In this document: piece after piece, positions 63,943 to 64,000 of the stretch
Position numbering within the stretch: position 1 is the stretch's first letter
Layout of the letters: the number at the start of each line of letters is the position of its first letter
NCBI GenBank assembly: GCA_977030845.1
Contig: OZ365112.1
Location: 16,678,001-16,742,000 of the forward strand
Origin: Fimbriosthenelais zetlandica
Taxonomy: Eukaryota
Reading direction: 5' to 3'
DNA length: 64,000 bases
Notes under the pieces: model-generated
Databases searched by the model: none
What the model saw: only the letters and a program-made list of their open reading frames with translations
Told to the model about the DNA's origin: nothing
Program-made: the position numbers and the translations under genes

Positions 63943-64000
63943 CTGTCTAATTTGCATGGGGAAGCCGTCTCTAACTGATCCAATATCTGAGTCACATCCA
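63943..64000 (-). CDS. DGKE: Diacylglycerol kinase epsilon, exon truncated by window end
   Basis: DVTQILDQLETASPCKLD + AG|gtacct. Joins the next exon to give KLDRWKV, as in DGKE. Confidence 0.85.

Noticed and set aside
1-64000. CRISPR arrays, rRNA, snRNA, prokaryotic defence systems
   Set aside because: No regularly spaced direct repeats with unique spacers and no rRNA/snRNA signatures. The window is spliceosomal-intron-containing animal DNA.

Overview
Eukaryotic (animal, probably marine invertebrate bilaterian) genomic DNA, AT-rich and mostly non-coding. Two spliced protein-coding genes are recognisable. (1) A complete 4-exon meteorin/METRNL-family gene on + (CDS 21738-21958, 31532-31941, 32701-32757, 33454-33800; 1035 nt = 344 aa + stop; signal peptide and 10 mature-region Cys). 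(2) The 3' part of a diacylglycerol kinase epsilon (DGKE) gene on - (6 exons from the window end down to 51080), with one 11.7 kb intron among 105-195 nt introns. Four intact-looking tRNA genes lie on +: Val-TAC, Lys-TTT, Thr-AGT, Gln-CTG. No CRISPR array, rRNA, operon structure or recognisable transposase/reverse transcriptase was seen. The most notable unexplained items are: a 23-bp-stem pre-miRNA-sized hairpin at 35582-35647; a TATA-preceded tile of three overlapping unknown ORFs at 36207-37020; clustered RFX X-boxes in meteorin intron 1; a TATA/M-box promoter plus perfect DR5/DR4 nuclear-receptor elements inside the giant DGKE intron; a GTCACGTGAC motif about 230-250 nt downstream of two tRNA genes; a non-canonical discriminator base in tRNA-Val; and strong over-representation of the palindromes TAGGCCTA and TACATGTA. 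All homology calls are from recall of family sequences, not database searches, and motif counts were made by eye.
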